From a virus: a DNA stretch of 64,000 nucleotides. A program made the translations under genes and the position numbers. The notes under the pieces were generated by a model. It ran no database searches. It saw nothing but the letters and a program-made list of their open reading frames with translations, and was not told the origin of the DNA. The stretch spans positions 32,001-96,000 of IMG/VR virus record IMGVR_UViG_3300027365_000009. One strand, 5' to 3'. Every line of letters starts with the position of its first letter. The first letter of the stretch is position 1. This document shows positions 61,301-64,000 of the stretch, piece after piece.

Positions 61301-62798
61301 GAATGTAGCGCTGTCGGCATCGGCAATCAATTCTGCACTCCAAGTCGCTAACAGTGGAACGTCATCTCTCGCCTCACGTCATCTCCAAGCCTCACGAACT
61401 GCAGTGCAACGGGCACAGAACCGTTGGGGAACCGCAGGAGTCGAACCCCCTCGGCGGCCCGGTGGTACCGCTGGCGCGTTAGGAAATACGTTCTCCGGTA
61501 TTGTCCAAGGAAATGGAGGGCAGTGGGAGGAGGTCCCCATGCCGCGCGCTAATAAATCCAAGGAAGCCGCGTTACCGACACTTCAGGCGGTAGAAGCCAT
61601 GACGGGTGTTGATGCCAACCTTCTCATGACGTTCGCCTCGATTGAGTCGGCGTTTGATTACACGGTAAAGGCACCGACTTCATCCGCCACTGGGTGGTTC
61701 CAGTTCATTGACGCCACCTGGGATGGCATGATCGAACAACATGCCGACAAATATGGGATTCCTCATACCGGCATGACCAAGAATGCCATTCGGGAAATGC
61801 GTAAGGACCCCCGTATAAACGCCTTGATGGGGGCGGAGTTCTTGAAAGGGAACTACAAGTACCTGGAACGAAAATTGGGACGCAAACCCACCGATACCGA
61901 CCTCTACCTGGCGCACTTCTTTGGTGCAGGCACCGCATACAAGTTCTTGAAGGCGGACCAGAACGCTGTTGCGGCAAATCTGTTCCGTTCTCAAGCGAAC
62001 TCTAACCGGAATATTTTCTACCGGGGCGGTCAGCCACGCACCATTGCTGAAGTGTATCAGGTCATGGACGAGAAAGTGTCGGGACATCGGTTTGGTGGAA
62101 CCAGCGCCTCTCGTACAGTGGATATGGATGAACCTGATCCGGTGTCGGTTCCGGAAGGGGCGTCCATGGAAGCGGCGAATGATCCCGAAGCAGGGGATGC
62201 GGGGATTATTGAAGAGGGCGGTCGTGAGATGATCCAGCTGGCGCCAGAAGGGGTTAACAATCACCTTCAGGGTGTGGATAACCCCATGCTGACAGAAGGG
62301 CAACGAAATGCCCATCGGCGGCGGCAATCGACCAGTAGTCGCGTTGGGTCAACCATCAATCCAGCAAACGCCGCAGTGGCGGGCGCTGGCTTGGGTGGAC
62401 CACTAGGTCAAAACGCCACACCACCGACTGGGGGTAGATTCTACGGGGCGATCGACTCCGATCCTCAGGATGACCCCGTGGTGCGTCAGCGGGAACGCCA
62501 ACGCCAACAGGCGGAGGTGGCAGATCTCCAACAGCGCGAGCTTGCCGATCGAGATCGGGAAACCAACCGGAATGTGGGTCGTGTTCTCAGTCGCCAACTG
62601 GAAGTCCAGCAAACGATGGCGGATTACCTTAAAGCTATCGCGGAGAATATTACAGGTGGGGCGCGGGAATCCACGACGACGGAACGTCAGGACGACCGTC
62701 AGAATCGCAATGATTCCAGTCGGCCCCCTGAACCGCGTGGGGGTGAACGACGTCAGCATCACGTACCGCCCATCAACATGAGACGGAATTCTCCGTAA
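55338..62798 (+). CDS. Large tail-associated lytic transglycosylase / tape-measure-like protein (phiKZ gp181-like)
   Basis: 2486 aa; C-terminal SLT motifs IESAF, SSATGWFQFIDATW and YLAHFFGAG; synteny. Confidence 0.85.
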   Translation: MADKRKDLEEENLDLRILDLDALDDEFDFDPPKDDKPVKRFAVNFKRGFLQQTKSKVLLRNFLRSSLPDGYSRLWAAGESAFSSGKSTADDVFRETAPELDSIAQKMEEVLPNIEGRTPKRLYGRIEKGVGRFRRATQDQQDSGFSRRTQADDDNSELADALDALNETSRAEGEQASLEAEERRVRDKLDAGRFDVLTRQMDRIGTGVEHQVSYQDQIQYKFQRKSLELQYRSYFALRDLRKFAEVAQDTHETAYNALVHNSALPDHLKMTKSQRVRFGTQDSLVGALGTQMAASLPGFLASYYPTIMENIRKSAVQGIQAAGGMLSTTDMMSGMGGDSASTAGQVAGDVAGGFFRNTLVSRAAMMAKPGMERLGDKLGGGHHVVSYFLNNLPALLQEYTQDHSHSTGFRGVIQRMVRAIVPSYYQDDTLEDGSFQTIDRQAAFNQLTQRSIVEVIPGYLSRLLQETRMIRTGSDDVEREVWDVTTGQFTGYKAARKALQGRVINEAQRRNIDATLNQTVENFDPDGYLSDTARAVLKERMMREASRNDRFDPNTYASGEGYGEEVDDATLKELTSFFKAQFDFDDQGSMVEDAENRRRRNAFSDAFLEVRNTIPDPRAEIQRISGVGMQEILHDLGLMTSDYGRNRVNYDRVWDLYRGDGPSTPNRSGPRPEGPIPRTQIKTGYDENVTFKESVQRAKEAAKENLRFKRLKIELPKFDDALIKRLPELDGKTLAKVVEWRPELLDALKRIDGDIELRLAPHIEKLRQRGKPKKLDRETAEALWTLVSEKSRHEWDDVKAKAKKHYDQAEEATRDWRINTASDVHETVEKAKKTWEGVDKDPESWKEKAAKKTQEEKQRLKETWEKTRTATEEQTEQLKEQVREHTDPMVEQTRENANRWREEASRRSENIREQFAQRVRDPLHTPSDETTPGYGQTEYDQYVDGIQRIAERQAETSDNIFTLLREEMQRGFKVRELPELTFADQDGNATKAKGKAKPEKKWSSILKRGADGIAGYYKNLFPGIGKGMGGLVSGMGRGTGAVFSGMGRAVGRMIGGKEDEVLPDIYVKARPDTPVLLARDIKTGRYIDANTNTVIKSIDDITGGVWDTVEERIAITHTEFEEGLFTRGGEKIKTTRGPGILGTLGSFYNNAYLKPTLFAAKQLPNLGNVAKDMIFSERDAYIPGEKEPRIRANLLKKGIYFDQATGDPITRYKDISGTVVDANNNVVVNAAEIPHLVGYDGRPLETAGTKLGGVAKAIGGAYVGALKAGWHATKSVAKGAFDLGKAVSDRVIGMIRGKRGKRDEESMSREGQIISILGGIYDLLDQRLPQNQNFRKGSWQEELAKRAEEREEEKDFKEEQEWREEGIFGRIGRRLGGLLGMYQDRQDTLDEIAENTEDMDDGGTDILATGGGDGPDGRRRPGRTRRTPKKPAPKGFWRKAAHYGGKGFRSVGRGAASLGRGALNLMGMGGLANPIGRAAGGLGKGMAWAGKGLFGVGGMLVRGGAMAATGLVSMLGAPVVLAGTAVAGAAAGGFWLWNRHKKTAGKFRQLRLAQYGFPEDGGLQRRVVALENRLDEVTQRNEGSEPTLNLPEIDPLELIEIMGISEDDEPALLALGDWFANRMLPVYRKYQQVMMTHFPDTPLGELDDVVDHDTAGDILRMVSFSDGGSSPYQVRANPFDPETPLPDVTSIIEERKEAIRKEYDTPEAVRDASRATTAGAGSTAAIMTSVNHAVVQARERERRNRQAEQQGGRQVFGNVGATAALAVAGATNVTELASRRAAIPEYRRMTGSNLTALQAMRVRGYGLVDLNRSKVIALLTLEDTVVPYLTFSGDGTVAFEGSINDVFREVAPLFGLSLYGSSTGDETRTDKEKFRLWFRSRFLSVFLTYVSAIRQIDENVGIPNAERRLDDIGKLDVGKSLYSATWESRESGTMSVWEVPWLIFDQPAAFSAKELAKMELMVLEQAVSGETVGTAAQSAEQARQQAQGNVALSASAINSALQVANSGTSSLASRHLQASRTAVQRAQNRWGTAGVEPPRRPGGTAGALGNTFSGIVQGNGGQWEEVPMPRANKSKEAALPTLQAVEAMTGVDANLLMTFASIESAFDYTVKAPTSSATGWFQFIDATWDGMIEQHADKYGIPHTGMTKNAIREMRKDPRINALMGAEFLKGNYKYLERKLGRKPTDTDLYLAHFFGAGTAYKFLKADQNAVAANLFRSQANSNRNIFYRGGQPRTIAEVYQVMDEKVSGHRFGGTSASRTVDMDEPDPVSVPEGASMEAANDPEAGDAGIIEEGGREMIQLAPEGVNNHLQGVDNPMLTEGQRNAHRRRQSTSSRVGSTINPANAAVAGAGLGGPLGQNATPPTGGRFYGAIDSDPQDDPVVRQRERQRQQAEVADLQQRELADRDRETNRNVGRVLSRQLEVQQTMADYLKAIAENITGGARESTTTERQDDRQNRNDSSRPPEPRGGERRQHHVPPINMRRNSP

Positions 62799-62809
62799 CG
62801 GTATGACCT

Positions 62810-62840
62810 AGGGCCTCCTAGTGAGGCCCTTTTCTTTTTT
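62810..62840 (+). terminator. Terminator
   Basis: AGGGCCTC/GAGGCCCT plus T-run. Confidence 0.8.
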
Positions 62841-62852
62841 CCGGAGGTAATT

Positions 62853-64000
62853 ATGGGATCACCCACGAACGACAGGCGTTGGATTCGTCACGCCTTCTTG
62901 TTACCCATCAACTCCACTAGTGCTGAGGTGGGTACTAATTCGCGTCGGCGGCTGGCCACTTCCGCCGCCTATAAATTTCAAAACGCTTCCCTAGGAGGTC
63001 ATTACGCTGTTAATGTCCCACCCCAATTCACACGCTTTGCGGACATCCGCGTGCCCGGTAAGGGACGTTCCGAAGACGAGTGGGATAAAGGCATGGGGCG
63101 TTATTACAGTGAAGCGATTGATGACCCCAAGCAGATTGTTCACCTTTCGTTTGGTGTCCCTCGGTATTCGTCGTGGACAAGTTTCTTCACCAACTTCTAT
63201 GACCGACATAGTGCGTTATTGGCCAATACCGGTCGCTCCAGTGGGCCGTTCTATAACCTCGGCCTGGCGGGTGGGTATATCGTCAGTCTCCCGCTGCAGC
63301 CTTTCATTATGGCGTTTAGTGGGGCTTCTAGGGTATGGAACTTCTTGTCCAAAGCCCAACCGAGTAAATGGTACTACTTTAAACCCACCATGCATTCGTA
63401 TTGGTCGTCGGTGAATACCATCGCCAACGAACTGGCCATCAACATGGGATTGATTCCCCGTGTGTTCTCCGATGGTCAATCATCCCTGCAGGAAGGCGGT
63501 GAAATTAGCGATCAAGAAATCAGACGGATGCACGAAATGTTCCCGACCATTTGGCGGGAGGACGGTGGTATTGATGTCATGTCGCTGGCGCGGGAAGCAC
63601 AGCGTCGCTCCGATCATGCGGACCTTGCCGCTAAACGCATGAAAGAAAGTGCCACCAACATTCGAGAACTGGGTGATGCCTTGGTGCAATTTCAACGCCA
63701 AAAAGCAGAAGAGCCCCAACGGAATTTCTCAGATGCAAAAGACTACTTTCTGGCAGCTGTAAAACAAGAAGATTATCGGACGGACGATGGTATTGTCACT
63801 GAAGGTTTCCAATCAACCGGAACAGGTAACGAAGAAGAACCGACCTTCTCCACTTGGAAAGGGCTGAATGGGATGTATGAATTTGTGCGGGCTTCTCAAC
63901 GTGATGGTTCGCAGTTCGCGTCTTTCTATGTTCAGTATAATGGTTCAGTATCGGAATCATTCAATAACTCAACACGTGAGTCCAATATCTCCCAGACACT
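62853..64000 (+). CDS. Virion structural protein (gp182-like), runs off the window end
   Basis: GGAGG RBS; KFQNASLGG..VNVPPQFTRFADIR and GMGRYYSEAIDD. Confidence 0.75.
   Translation, partial: MGSPTNDRRWIRHAFLLPINSTSAEVGTNSRRRLATSAAYKFQNASLGGHYAVNVPPQFTRFADIRVPGKGRSEDEWDKGMGRYYSEAIDDPKQIVHLSFGVPRYSSWTSFFTNFYDRHSALLANTGRSSGPFYNLGLAGGYIVSLPLQPFIMAFSGASRVWNFLSKAQPSKWYYFKPTMHSYWSSVNTIANELAINMGLIPRVFSDGQSSLQEGGEISDQEIRRMHEMFPTIWREDGGIDVMSLAREAQRRSDHADLAAKRMKESATNIRELGDALVQFQRQKAEEPQRNFSDAKDYFLAAVKQEDYRTDDGIVTEGFQSTGTGNEEEPTFSTWKGLNGMYEFVRASQRDGSQFASFYVQYNGSVSESFNNSTRESNISQT

Overview
64 kb from a phiKZ-like jumbo myophage (probably nucleus-forming Chimalliviridae type; no chimallin gene is in this window). 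Gene order follows phiKZ. It runs through structural genes, an early accessory cluster of small genes, DnaB-like helicase, major capsid protein, a non-virion RNAP beta subunit, portal, an acidic collagen/repeat fibre cluster and an endolysin. After these come the prohead protease, virion RNAP beta and beta-prime subunits and the large tail lytic-transglycosylase protein. phiKZ gp equivalents are from recalled motifs and synteny, not database searches. The window holds four group I introns. Three interrupt conserved motifs of the virion RNAP genes (one carries an HNH homing endonuclease in loop L1). The fourth is a cyanobacterial/plastid-type intron in the anticodon of tRNA-Leu(UAA). Directly after that tRNA is about 760 nt of ORF-free, densely base-paired sequence with GNRA tetraloops, pseudoknots and long-range helices, ending at a terminator. 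This is the best candidate for an undescribed large structured RNA. Other leads are an Mtd-like protein whose 3' end looks like a DGR variable region, four tandem foldon-like repeats, and a shared 5' leader motif on early genes.
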